A stretch of 64,000 nucleotides of DNA. Source: an uncultured Methanomassiliicoccales archaeon (GTDB lineage: Archaea > Thermoplasmatota > Thermoplasmata > Methanomassiliicoccales > Methanomethylophilaceae). This document shows, piece by piece, positions 44,058-54,600 of this stretch. Below the pieces are notes generated by a model. It did not search any database. It was not told the origin of the DNA and saw only the letters and a program-made list of their open reading frames with translations. The stretch covers positions 13,928 to 77,927 of the forward strand of contig CAZHJV010000001.1 in the NCBI GenBank assembly GCA_964533525.1. The letters run 5' to 3'. The translations under genes were made by a program, and so were the position numbers. Position 1 is the stretch's first letter. Every line of letters begins with the position of its first letter.

Positions 44058-45929
44058 TCATCCGAGAAGTTTTCCGATAGCCTCGGTGAGCAGATCGGAC
44101 GCCTGTTTCCCGTCGATTTTGCCTCTGAGGGCGCCCATGACGGGACCCATCAGAGGGCCGACGGCGGCCATACCCTTGGACTTCACGAAGTCGGCACGCT
44201 CGGCGACGATCTTGGCGATGATCGCCGCGGCCTCTCCGGCATCCACGGCGGAAAGACCCAGCTTCCCGATCGCGGCCTCCATGGAGGCACCGGACGCCAT
44301 CTCCTTCAGAAGGGCGGGGATGGCCTCCTTGGCGAACTTCCCCTCCTTCAGCCCTGCGAACACGCCGTAGAGGGCGTCGTAAGTGAACATGTCGGTGTCG
44401 ATGCCGTCGTGCTCCAGCTCCTGGAAGGTGTTCTGGAACGTGGTGGCCGCCACCGCGGACAGTCCGAACTCGTCGGAGATGTGGCAGAACAGGTCGTCCC
44501 TGCCCTGTCTGACGATCTGGTCGGCCTGCTGGGCGTTCAGCCCGTAGTCCTTCATCAGCCTCGCCTTGATCTGCTCGGGGAACTCGGGCAGGTTGGCCCT
44601 GATCCTCTCGAGTCTCGCGGCGGGTATGGGGGTGGGCGGGACGTCCGTCTCGGGATACATCCTCGCCGCGCCCGGCAGAGGCCTCGAGTACTTGGTGGTC
44701 CCGTCGGGCAGAGGGTCCCTGGTCTCCTCGGGAACGCCGTCAAGGGCGGTGTTGGCCCTTCCGGCTGCGAGGACGAGTGCGTCCCTGGCCTTCTTCTCGG
44801 ATGCGGCGCAGATGACGAATGCGTCATATTCGCCGGTCATGCCGAGGAACTCCCTCAGGGAGTCGACGTACTTCTGCTCGATACCGTAGTTGGGAAGTTC
44901 GTCGGAATGGAAGATGCCTTTGACCCCGACGGTCCTGGCGTACTGCGCCATCTCGGAACCGAGACGGAGGGTCTTGTTGTCGCCGTTCATGACCCCCGCG
45001 AATCCGGGGAGTTTCACGGCGAGGACCTTGCCCTTGGATTTCAGGGCGGAGGAGATGATCTTGGACTCGCAGTCCCTGAAGATGTCGGTGACGTCGACCG
45101 TCTCCACGGGGACGGGTTTGACGCCTCTCCCCTTCAGGATGTCCCTGACCCTGACGAGCATCTTCTGCCTCTTCACCTCGTTGGAGACGAAGTCGGGGAG
45201 CATCCTGAGCTCCTGGACACCCTTGATCTCGATGCGGGCGCCCTCGGGGATGGAGATGTTCAAATCTTCCCTGATGGTCCCGAGTCCCCTCTTGACCCTC
45301 TTGGTGGCCCTGAGGAGGGTTCCGATCCTGGAAGCGACCTCCATGACCTCCTCGGGGGTCCTCATGTCGGGAGCGGTGGCCACCTCGATGAGCGGGATAC
45401 CCAGACGGTCGGTCCTCCACGTGACCTCGGTCTCGCCGGTCTCGACCTTCCTGCAGGCGTCCTCCTCGAGACAGACGGAGAGGATCCCGATCTTCCTTCC
45501 GATGGCCTCGACGGAACCGTCGACGGCCACGAGGGAGGTCCTCTGGAAACCGGAAGTGTTGGAACCGTCCACGACGATCTTCCTCATGAACTGGACCTCG
45601 TCGATGACGCTTGCGCCCAGGAGTTCGCTGAAGATCAGCGCCGTCTCCATGGCATCGGGGTTCACCTCGTGGGGAGGCTCCTCGTCGAGTTCCACGAGAC
45701 AGGTCTCGCAGGCGCAGCTCTGATATCTGTATCCGTACCCTCTCCTGAACTGTGCCAGCGCGGCGCGGTCGACCTCTCCCATCTCGGAGGTGGTGGGCCT
45801 GAGTCTCCTGTAGATGCCGCCGGTGCCGTCCTCGGACAGCTCGCTGCGGCAGTTGCAGAACAGTTTGTGGGTGTCGAGCTGCTGGTGGATCTCGATACCG
45901 CACATCATCTCGTACTTCTCATCGCTCAA
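44058..45929 (-). CDS. gatE: Glu-tRNA(Gln) amidotransferase subunit E
   Basis: MCGIEIHQQLDT..KLFCNC, GVQELRM and a C-terminal GatB/YqeY-like domain. 623 aa, with a 4-nt overlap with gatD. Confidence 0.95.
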   Translation of the reverse strand: MSDEKYEMMCGIEIHQQLDTHKLFCNCRSELSEDGTGGIYRRLRPTTSEMGEVDRAALAQFRRGYGYRYQSCACETCLVELDEEPPHEVNPDAMETALIFSELLGASVIDEVQFMRKIVVDGSNTSGFQRTSLVAVDGSVEAIGRKIGILSVCLEEDACRKVETGETEVTWRTDRLGIPLIEVATAPDMRTPEEVMEVASRIGTLLRATKRVKRGLGTIREDLNISIPEGARIEIKGVQELRMLPDFVSNEVKRQKMLVRVRDILKGRGVKPVPVETVDVTDIFRDCESKIISSALKSKGKVLAVKLPGFAGVMNGDNKTLRLGSEMAQYARTVGVKGIFHSDELPNYGIEQKYVDSLREFLGMTGEYDAFVICAASEKKARDALVLAAGRANTALDGVPEETRDPLPDGTTKYSRPLPGAARMYPETDVPPTPIPAARLERIRANLPEFPEQIKARLMKDYGLNAQQADQIVRQGRDDLFCHISDEFGLSAVAATTFQNTFQELEHDGIDTDMFTYDALYGVFAGLKEGKFAKEAIPALLKEMASGASMEAAIGKLGLSAVDAGEAAAIIAKIVAERADFVKSKGMAAVGPLMGPVMGALRGKIDGKQASDLLTEAIGKLLG

Positions 45930-47218
45930 AGCAGCTCCCTCCTGTCACTCATCTCGCCTGCGAGGGGAGTCTGCATGACGGCTTTGGCCGCTTCGGCGGA
46001 TTTGGTGTTGGCGAGGGCCCACATCAGCTTGACGTAGGCCGTCTCAGGAAGCATGTCCCAGACGGTCACGGCGCCGGCCGCGAGCATGTCCCTGCCGGTG
46101 TTGTAGACATTGAGGTTCGTCCTGCCGTTGAGGCACTGGGACGTCACCACGACGACAATCCCCGCGTCGGATGCCTCCTTTATGAGGGGGACCATGTTGC
46201 TGTTCACGTGTCCGAGACCGGAACCCGCGATCACCACCCCTTTGCTCTTCATCACGACGTCGCGGAAGAGGGCGGGGTCCATCCCGGGGTAGAACTGCAG
46301 GAGGATCACGTCGGTGCACATGGAGTTCATGAGCTCCGTCTTCCCTGCGGATACCTCCCTCCCGGGAGCATTGAACGTTATCTTCCCGGCGGCATCCACA
46401 TGCGCCACCGGAGGCACGTTGATGCTCCTGAAGGCGTCCCTGCGGGACGTGTGCATCTTCCTGACCCTGGTGCCGCAGTGCACCGCGAAGGAGTCGTCGC
46501 CGGGAGTGTCGTGCATGACCACGAAGACCCCTGCGCGGTTCCCGTCGGTGCAGAACCTGGCGGCCGCCATGAGATTGGAACTGGCGTCGGAGGACGGTCT
46601 GTCCGAGGACCTCTGGGCCCCGACGAACACCACGGGTTTCGGAACGTCTCCGAGCATGAACGACACCGCGGCGGCGGTGTATCCCATGGTATCCGTGCCG
46701 TGGGGCACGATGACCGCATCCGCGCCGGCGTTGAGCTCCTCCGCGATGGCCTCGGCCAGTTTCTGCCAGTGGGGCACCGTCATGTTCTCGGAGAAGATGG
46801 AGAACAGGACCTTCGCCTTCAGATTGGCGATCTCCCTGATCTCCGGGACGGCGTTGATCATGTCGGAGGTGGACAGGGCGGGGTGCACCGCGCCGGTCCT
46901 GTAGTCGACGTAGGACGCAATGGTACCGCCGGTGCCGATCAGGACAATGGTCTTCATACCGGGGACCGCATCCTCCGCGGTCTCGGTCTTCACCCTCTCG
47001 GCGGGCCTCGACACGACCTCTATCTTAGCATCCGCATCCATGCGGATACCGATGTTGTACCCGCTCTTCACCTTCAGGATGACGACGTCGCTGCCGCTGA
47101 ACTCGTGATGCGGCATGAGGACGCCTTTGTAAGTTTTACCGGAAGTCTCGACAGTAAGCATACAGCCCTCCTCGGCCCCTGCTTCCGCGAGCTTACCCGA
47201 CAGGAATTCGGCATACAT
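45926..47218 (-). CDS. gatD: Glu-tRNA(Gln) amidotransferase subunit D
   Basis: Asparaginase-like motifs GTGGTIAS and HGTDTMGYT. 430 aa. Confidence 0.95.
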   Translation of the reverse strand: MYAEFLSGKLAEAGAEEGCMLTVETSGKTYKGVLMPHHEFSGSDVVILKVKSGYNIGIRMDADAKIEVVSRPAERVKTETAEDAVPGMKTIVLIGTGGTIASYVDYRTGAVHPALSTSDMINAVPEIREIANLKAKVLFSIFSENMTVPHWQKLAEAIAEELNAGADAVIVPHGTDTMGYTAAAVSFMLGDVPKPVVFVGAQRSSDRPSSDASSNLMAAARFCTDGNRAGVFVVMHDTPGDDSFAVHCGTRVRKMHTSRRDAFRSINVPPVAHVDAAGKITFNAPGREVSAGKTELMNSMCTDVILLQFYPGMDPALFRDVVMKSKGVVIAGSGLGHVNSNMVPLIKEASDAGIVVVVTSQCLNGRTNLNVYNTGRDMLAAGAVTVWDMLPETAYVKLMWALANTKSAEAAKAVMQTPLAGEMSDRRELL

Positions 47219-47306
47219 GATACTGCGGCGTATTCCCTTGTCCCTTTTATACGTACGCGCACGCGCACACTCAACCTTTAATTCGGAGGACAGGCATCAT
47301 ACCCGC

Positions 47307-47957
47307 ATGCACATAGTTCAGGCCGGAATGGAGACCGACGTCCTCAGGGCGAACAACAAGATCGCCCACGAGATCTACCACATGTTCAAGGAACACGGTA
47401 TAAGGTCCGTCGACTTCATGGGGTCCATCGGGTCCGGGAAGACCACCCTCATCTGCGAGATGGGGAAGCGTCTCAAGGAACGCGGGAAGAGGGTCGTCGT
47501 GATCGCCGGGGACGTCACCGGGGACGACGACTTCAAGCGCTTCAGAGCGGCCGGGCTGGACGCGATCAACTGCAACACGAACAAGGAATGCCATCTGGAG
47601 GCCAGGCAGATAAAGAAGGTCCTGGAAGGCACCGACCTCTCGCAGTACGACACCGTCATAATCGAGAACGTCGGGAACCTCGTGTGCCCCGCCGACTTCC
47701 CCCTGGGGACCGACTACAGGGCCGTCGTCATATCCACCACGGAAGGGGACGACATGGTCAGGAAACACCACGCGGTCTTCCTCCACTCGGATGTGGCGGT
47801 CCTCAACAAGATGGACATCTGCGATGCGGTGGGAGTGGATCCGGCGGTCATTCTGAACGATTATTCCAAACTCACCGGCGGAGCGAAGAAGATGTACACG
47901 GCCAGCGCCAAGAAGGGAGACGGCGTCGACGCCATCATAGACGCACTGGACCTCTGA
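47307..47957 (+). CDS. hypB: hydrogenase nickel incorporation GTPase HypB
   Basis: P-loop GSIGSGKTT, ENVGNLVCPA and NKMD. Start at MHIVQAG (47307) or METDVL (47328). Confidence 0.92.
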   Translation: MHIVQAGMETDVLRANNKIAHEIYHMFKEHGIRSVDFMGSIGSGKTTLICEMGKRLKERGKRVVVIAGDVTGDDDFKRFRAAGLDAINCNTNKECHLEARQIKKVLEGTDLSQYDTVIIENVGNLVCPADFPLGTDYRAVVISTTEGDDMVRKHHAVFLHSDVAVLNKMDICDAVGVDPAVILNDYSKLTGGAKKMYTASAKKGDGVDAIIDALDL

Positions 47958-48021
47958 ATCCAAACACGTGGGATAAAATCATTTAATAACCCGCTAGCCA
48001 TAGGTGATTGAAGTGAGCAAT

Positions 48022-49344
48022 ATGAAGATCCTGACAATCGGAGGAGGAGCAAGGGAACACGCCGCCGTGTGTGCCCTCTCCCGCGGAGGGGCGGAGATTT
48101 ACGCCGTCATGAAAAACGCAAACCCGGGGATCGAGGAACTCGCCAAGGAGGTTCTGATCTGCGACGAATCCGATATCGACAGAATCTGCGATTTCGCTCT
48201 CAACAACTTCATCGAATTCGCATTCGTCGGGCCGGAAGCCCCTCTTGCGGCCGGCGTCGTGGACGCCCTCGCCAACATAGGCGTGAAATGCGCATCCCCG
48301 ACCAAGGCCGCCGCCAGGATCGAGACCTCGAAGACCTTCATGAGGAATCTCGTTCAGAAATACAACATCGAGGGCAACATCGCCTTCGCCAGCTTCGACA
48401 ACGAGACCGATGCGGTCGAATACGTCAGGAACGTGAAGTACCAGATCGCCGTGAAACCCGTCGGACTCACGGGCGGGAAAGGCGTCAAGGTCCAGGGCGA
48501 CCAGCTCGAGAGCATCGAGGATACGATCGCATACATCGACGAGATCTTCCAGAACAACGTCGGCGGAGGGAAGGTCATCATCGAGGAGAAAGCCGTGGGA
48601 GAGGAATTCACCCAGATGGTTTTCACCGACGGAAAGGAGATCATCCCCATGCCGCTCGTGCAGGACCACAAGCGCGCTTACGAGGGGGACATAGGACCCA
48701 ACACCGGCGGAATGGGCTCCTACAGCGATGCGGACGGTCTCCTGCCCTTCGTGAACGAAGAGGACAGACAGAAGGCCCTCGACATCATCGGGGCCATCGT
48801 GAAGGCCCTCGCCGACGAAGGATGCCCCTACAAAGGCACGATGTACGGCCAATTCATGCTCACCAAGGACGGACCCAAGATCATCGAGATCAACGCCAGA
48901 TTCGGCGACCCCGAGGCCATGAACGTCCTCACTGCCCTGAGGTCCGACTTCACTGAGATCATCAGGTGGATGGCGACCGGGAAGATGAGAGGCGAAGTAG
49001 AATTCGCACCCGTGGCCACGGTCTGCAAATACCTGGTCCCCAAGGGATACGGCGTACAGTCCGAACCCGGACACACGATCGCGGTCGACACGGATGCCGT
49101 GGACACCGCCGGAGCGGTGGCCTACTTCGGAAGCGTCGAGAAGAGAGACGGGAAACTCGTCACCGGGACATCCCGTTCCGTCGGAGTCGTCGGCATCGGC
49201 AGCACCCTCGAGGAAGCGAACGAGAACTGCGAGCAGGCGCTGAAATACGTAAGATGCGACGCATCCTACGTCCGCCACGACATCGGGACCGCGGAGCTCA
49301 TCTCCAAGAGAGTAGAGCACATGAATCAGATCCGCGGACAATGA
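48022..49344 (+). CDS. purD: phosphoribosylamine-glycine ligase
   Basis: MKILTIGGGAREHA, an ATP-grasp core, EINARFGDPE. Confidence 0.95.
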   Translation: MKILTIGGGAREHAAVCALSRGGAEIYAVMKNANPGIEELAKEVLICDESDIDRICDFALNNFIEFAFVGPEAPLAAGVVDALANIGVKCASPTKAAARIETSKTFMRNLVQKYNIEGNIAFASFDNETDAVEYVRNVKYQIAVKPVGLTGGKGVKVQGDQLESIEDTIAYIDEIFQNNVGGGKVIIEEKAVGEEFTQMVFTDGKEIIPMPLVQDHKRAYEGDIGPNTGGMGSYSDADGLLPFVNEEDRQKALDIIGAIVKALADEGCPYKGTMYGQFMLTKDGPKIIEINARFGDPEAMNVLTALRSDFTEIIRWMATGKMRGEVEFAPVATVCKYLVPKGYGVQSEPGHTIAVDTDAVDTAGAVAYFGSVEKRDGKLVTGTSRSVGVVGIGSTLEEANENCEQALKYVRCDASYVRHDIGTAELISKRVEHMNQIRGQ

Positions 49345-50150
49345 GACGCGTAGCTGTCAAGATCGCCTATCTGGGTGACGGATTCAGCGGTTCCCAGATA
49401 CAGCCCCCGGAAACAGGCCTCCGCACCGTTGCGGGGGAGATACTGGATAAACTCCTCCTCGTGGACCACGTGCCCGAGGATAGGATAGACCTGCGTTTCT
49501 CCAGCCGCACCGATTCGGGCGTCAGCGCCCTCGGGAATGTGATTGCGTTCTACACCGAATTCAAGGATCTGGGTCTTCTTCTCCAGGCTCTCAACTCCGT
49601 ATCATACGGAGTCTATTACACCGCCGTCGCGGAGATACCCGACACATTCAATCCGAGAATGGCCGACAAACGCTACTACAGATACGTCACCCCGTCCAAG
49701 AACATAGATCTGGGTCTTTTCACGGAAGCGGCCAAGCTGTTCGAAGGGCACCATGATTTCAAGAGATTCGCCAAGAACGAGACGGGAAGATCCACCGTCA
49801 TGGCCATCGATTACGTGAAGGTGCATGAGGAGAACGGGGTCATATCAACCGACTTCTGCGCCAACTACTTCCTCTGGAACATGATACGCAGGATAATGGC
49901 CGCGGTCATACAGGTGGGGAACGGCATGTCCGACCTGGATGACGTCAAAGAGGCTCTGGCCGGAAAGGACACCACGTTCGGACTCGCCAAACCGTACGGC
50001 CTCACCCTGATGGACGTCACATTCCCGGATCTGGAATTCAAGAGGCCGGACACATGCCCGTACACCAAACGCATCGAACACGACCTGTACACCGATGCCG
50101 TGACGGCGGATTTCCACAGGGCCCTGAAATACCCGGAGCAACCGATATGA
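49341..50150 (+). CDS. truA: tRNA pseudouridine synthase A
   Basis: MRRVAVKIAYLGDGFSGSQ, catalytic SSRTDSGVSALGN. ATGA overlap with the purD stop. Confidence 0.9.
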   Translation: MRRVAVKIAYLGDGFSGSQIQPPETGLRTVAGEILDKLLLVDHVPEDRIDLRFSSRTDSGVSALGNVIAFYTEFKDLGLLLQALNSVSYGVYYTAVAEIPDTFNPRMADKRYYRYVTPSKNIDLGLFTEAAKLFEGHHDFKRFAKNETGRSTVMAIDYVKVHEENGVISTDFCANYFLWNMIRRIMAAVIQVGNGMSDLDDVKEALAGKDTTFGLAKPYGLTLMDVTFPDLEFKRPDTCPYTKRIEHDLYTDAVTADFHRALKYPEQPI

Positions 50151-50737
50151 GTTTCAAAGAAGACATAGAAGGGGCCGCCGCCGCCCTGGCGGATCTCGAA
50201 AAGGCCAAAGATGAGATATTCGTACAATCCAGGAAGATCATCAGGAAGACGAAGACCGCGATCCACCTCATACATGAAGGGAAACGGGACCCCGAACTCC
50301 TCGATTCGATATCCGGGGATCTGGCAGTCATGGCGGAAAGCGCCGCCGGCCATCCGCAGCTGATGTACGGACAGGCCGCCGAGGATGCGATGGCGGAGTT
50401 CGCAGAGACTGTCATCTACGACTATGCGTCCCGCGGAGAGGAGATACCTTCTTACAGCATCCTCGATGTCACTCCGGGCGCCTGGGTCATGGGCCTCGCC
50501 GATGCCGTGGGAGAACTCAGAAGGGATCTTCTGAACGATCTGATGAAAGACGACATCGACGGTGCCGGAAGGATCTTCTCTTCCATGGAGACCCTCTCGG
50601 ACGCCCTCATGACCTTCGATGTGAAGGATTCCGTGGCCCCGGTAAGAAGGAAACAGGACATAGCCAGAGGGATCATGGACCGCTCCCGCGCAGACCTTTC
50701 CACCGCGCGGATCATGTCCCGTTACGGGAACAAATGA
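50147..50737 (+). CDS. translin-family protein (COG2178-like)
   Basis: 196-aa all-helical protein with ATGA overlap with truA. AVGELRRDLLNDL and the RKQD..RGI..SRADL pattern resemble archaeal translin-like proteins. Confidence 0.6.
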   Translation: MSFKEDIEGAAAALADLEKAKDEIFVQSRKIIRKTKTAIHLIHEGKRDPELLDSISGDLAVMAESAAGHPQLMYGQAAEDAMAEFAETVIYDYASRGEEIPSYSILDVTPGAWVMGLADAVGELRRDLLNDLMKDDIDGAGRIFSSMETLSDALMTFDVKDSVAPVRRKQDIARGIMDRSRADLSTARIMSRYGNK

Positions 50738-50785
50738 AAACCCGAAAGTGCAGACCGCACCGTCTGGATATTTTGTAAAAATGAA

Positions 50786-50803
50786 AGGGGCCCTGGGGCC
50801 CCT
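50786..50803. terminator. bidirectional hairpin between convergent genes
   Basis: AGGGGCCC-TG-GGGCCCCT is a GC-only palindrome flanked by A/T runs on both sides. Confidence 0.45.
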
Positions 50804-50811
50804 GAAAAGTT

Positions 50812-51603
50812 TTAACGCCTAGCCTTCGGCTTGCCGTAGTTCTTCACGGGCTTCCTTACGACGTAGACCAGCGCGATAATGACGATCACGAAGATGATCG
50901 CCATTATGTAGTTCAGCCAGTCGTAGTTGCCGTCCTCGTAGTAGAACGAGGAGTCGCTCAGAACGATGCTGCCGTCGGAAGTCGCCACATGGAACGAGTG
51001 CTTGCCCTGAGACAGGTCGGAGTTGTAGTACTCGTAGGTTATGGTGGTGGACTCTCCGGGAGAGACCTTCAGAGCAGTGGAGCTGTCCTCCGCCTTCACT
51101 CCGTCCACGTAGAAGTAGACGTTCGTGTCAATGTCGACCTCTCCGTTGTTGGAGATGGTGGCGGAGAGCGTGATCGGGGTCACGACCCTGATGTCGACGG
51201 AGTCGGTGAATTTCTTCTCGTCCCCGTCATCGACGGTCTCCTCCCAGGTCACGGTGAGTGTGTACCTGCCGGTGTCGTCCGGTGCGGTCACGGTGAGGGT
51301 GACGATCGCACCGTCGTCCACATCCCCGGAAGAGGGGGTGACGGCATCGCTCTCGGTGCTCCCGGAGGAGTCGGTCAGCTTGGCGGTGTAGGAGACGGAG
51401 AGGGTGCTGTAGCCGGCGGTCTCCGTGAAGGTGATGTCGAACTTCAGCTCCGCTCCGGGCTTGGCGGAGGTCTCGTCTCCCTTTATCGAATAGTTGGCGG
51501 TCTGTTCCTCGTCGGAGTCTGCGGCGGAACCGTCCCCGCTGAGGAGGACGGCTCCGGCCGAGAAGACGACCAGTGCGGCCGCCAGGATTGTCCATACTTT
51601 CAT
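50812..51603 (-). CDS. secreted beta-rich protein with C-terminal TM anchor, coupled to the giant upstream gene
   Basis: MKVWTILAAALVVFSAGAVLLSG signal peptide. C-terminus IMAIIFVIVIIALVYVVRKPVKNYGKPKARR. ATGA overlap with the giant gene stop (51600-51603). Confidence 0.75.
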   Translation of the reverse strand: MKVWTILAAALVVFSAGAVLLSGDGSAADSDEEQTANYSIKGDETSAKPGAELKFDITFTETAGYSTLSVSYTAKLTDSSGSTESDAVTPSSGDVDDGAIVTLTVTAPDDTGRYTLTVTWEETVDDGDEKKFTDSVDIRVVTPITLSATISNNGEVDIDTNVYFYVDGVKAEDSSTALKVSPGESTTITYEYYNSDLSQGKHSFHVATSDGSIVLSDSSFYYEDGNYDWLNYIMAIIFVIVIIALVYVVRKPVKNYGKPKARR

Positions 51604-54600
51604 CTGCGTGCGAACACCCCCCTCTTGGATCCGGTCCAGATTATCAGGAGCAGGACCAGGACGGTCAGTACGAAGAGGACCCAGAAGGTCGTTCCGATCT
51701 TCTTGCCCTCGTCGGATGCGCCTCCGTCGGAGACGGAGCCGCTGTCGAGGGACAGATCGGCCTTCTGCGCCTTCAGGTCCGCTGCGGACACAGTCTTGCC
51801 CGAAACCGTCAGGCCGGCGGAATCGGTCGACAGGGCGGAATCGGCACCGTTCAGGTCCGTGACGGAGATGCTGAACTTCACATCGGGCACGGCGGTGCTC
51901 TGTCCGTCGGTGTTGATCACGGTGACGTACACCGTAGTGGTCGAGTATCCCTTCAGGAGGAAGGGCCCGTTCGACAGACCGCTGAATACCATGTATCCAT
52001 CGCTGTCCGTCCAGCAGACCGTCCAATCGTCGGAAGAACTGACGAATTCGGCGGTGACGCTCGCCATCTCCGCCCAGAGGTTGGAGTTGGCGAATGTCAC
52101 TGCATACTTGTAGGCGGAACCGGCCGCTATGTCGGCGCTTGCGCCGTCGGCGGAGGTGACATTCACCTTGGTTCCCAGATCGTCTCCGGACCTCTCGTAG
52201 CAGTCAGCGGGGACGATGATGTCCGCCACTTCGTTTCCGGCCGTGTCGGTGATGCAGACATACATGTCTTCGCTGCCCGCACCGACGGTGGCCGCATCGA
52301 AGTGTCCCTTGACGGTAACGGTTCCGTCGTATCCCGGAACGATCGACAGGGCATACGTCTGGTCGAGGACGAATGCGGAACTTCCCTTGATCAGGTAGGT
52401 CAGGTAGAAGTCGCTGTTGTTGGTGATGGTGAACGTCATCTCTCCGCTGCCGTCGGACTTGAACGATCCGGTGACATTGTCGTAATGGACATACACATCG
52501 TCTCCCCAGTCGTACTCGGCCGCAGAGGTGACGACGGAGAAGTTGCAGGTGACGTCCTTGTCCGCGACATTCACGGTCTTGTCGGCATCGGTGTCGAACG
52601 TGTAGATCTTGCCGTCGTTCTCATACACGAGTCCGTTGACTCTCATCGTGACGGTTCCGACGTTCTCGGGCACCTCGAACTCGTACTCCCCGTCGGTCAC
52701 ATCCTTGTAGAATGTGTAGGACTCGGAGTTGTAGGTGTACTCGACCTCCATCGTTCCGCTGATGTCCGCACCGACGGAACCCGAGACCTTCACGGTCTTG
52801 TAGAGAGTCGTCAGGTCGACGGATATGCTGGTGGGGGTGTCGGCGAAGACTATGGAGGACACTGCGACTGCTCCATCGGAGTTCTTTACATTGAAGGTGT
52901 AATCGAAGTTCTGCTCGAGATAGTACTTCACGGTGGCGACACCGGTGGTCTCGTCGACCGTTTTCTCACCCTTCACGTACTTGCCCGTATTTTCACTGGC
53001 GTCCTCGAAGGCGGTGATATTCAGGGTGTCCCCGTCGTTGTACTTGACCTCGGCGGTGAAACACACGAATCCGGACAGGTCGTCGAGGGTGATCGAGCTG
53101 TGTCCGAGGTAGAGGGTGAAGCTCTCCTCGGAGTGGTATCCGAGAGCGAGGAGGGCCTCGGTGTCCACATACCACTTTCCGGCATACATGTCGATCTGGC
53201 CCGCGTCGGCCCAGTCCGTGTACTCGTCGGACTCTTTGTACTTCACCTTGAGGGGATAGCCGGTGTTGTTCGTCACGTGCAGAGTCTTCGCGACCTGCAG
53301 TTTGTCGGTATCGTTCAGTCTGAACGTCCAGGTGTTGGAGGTGTTGGAGGTTACCTCGTCCTTGCTGTAGGTCTGATCCTCGGTGGCCTTCAGGATGCCT
53401 CCGTCGGAGGTGGAGTCGAACGCCTTGAGGGTGATGGTTATGCCGGAGTTCTCGGGGACCCAGAATACTGCGCGCCCGGAGGTGTTGGTCAGCACGGGGA
53501 CGGTGTAGGCCGCGTCGCCCACGGTGATCTTCCCTTCGACTCCGAAGTATGCGAGGTACTTCGAGGATCCGCTGCTGGCTGTGTAGGTGTTGACGTACTG
53601 TCCTACGGAGTAGGCCGTACCCATGGCGATGTCCGCCTTGTCCGTGTCGGCGGAGACGGTGATGTTCGCCAGGGAGACGAGGGAACTGCCGTTGTATGCG
53701 TACTGCACGAAGGTTGTGTCCTTGGGCAGATAGGCGGTGTACTTGCCGTCGCTGTCGGTCGTGTAGACGAACACGTTGGATCCGTCGACGAAGTTGACGG
53801 TCGCGCCGGAGACGGTGTCTCCGTCGGCGTTCTTCACGATTCCGGAAACGGTGCAGAAATCGGTTCCGACGAGGACGATGCCGCTCTCGTAGGTTCCGCT
53901 GCCGTAGTAGATCTTGCCGTTCTCGATGACGGAGGCGGTGTAGGTGTTGACCGCCCCTCCGGGTGCTGGCACATATGCCTTGTCAGCAGACTCCGCGACA
54001 CCGATGTATCCGATGGCGGAGATTGTGGGCACGGATCCGGTGGTGTTGGTGATGGCCAGTTCCTTCGCGTCGAAGAGGGTCAGACTGATGGTCTTGGAAC
54101 CGCCGGATGTCACGGAGACGGTGGAGGTGGAGCTGAACGAGTAGTTCTCGACAGCCTTCACGGCATAGGTTCCGACGGGGACGGAGATCTTCGCGGATCC
54201 CGCTTCGGCGGTACCCTCGAACTCCATTCCGGTGGAGACATTGTACACTGTCACCTGTCCGGTGTAGCTTCCTCCATAAGGTTCAGTGATGCTCACGGTG
54301 ACCGTTCCGGAAGGCACGGAGACGCGTGCGTTGACCATACTGTAGACAAAGGTCACGTCCGCAGTGGTGACGGAGGTTCCGTCCGCGGAGATGAGGTCGG
54401 CCGAATACACGTCGGGGACCATGCCAGCAACGCTGAACATTCCGCCGATGACATCGACCTGGTATGTCCTGCCGCAGGATTTCCCGGTGAATTTGATGTA
54501 ACCGTCGTAATTGTAGTCGGAACCGTCGCTCTCGATGACGGTGGAACCCGTGATATCCACGAGGTCGAGCTCCAGGGAGTAGTACCCGGATGCGGGGATG

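Noticed and set aside
47998-48004. Further CCATAGG occurrences (47998 upstream of purD, 58229 upstream of the radical SAM gene) as additional ATA starts
   Set aside because: In both cases the ATA is out of frame with the downstream gene, and a canonical ATG with a good context is available. Only 26864 and 32431 are in frame with coding-like sequence.
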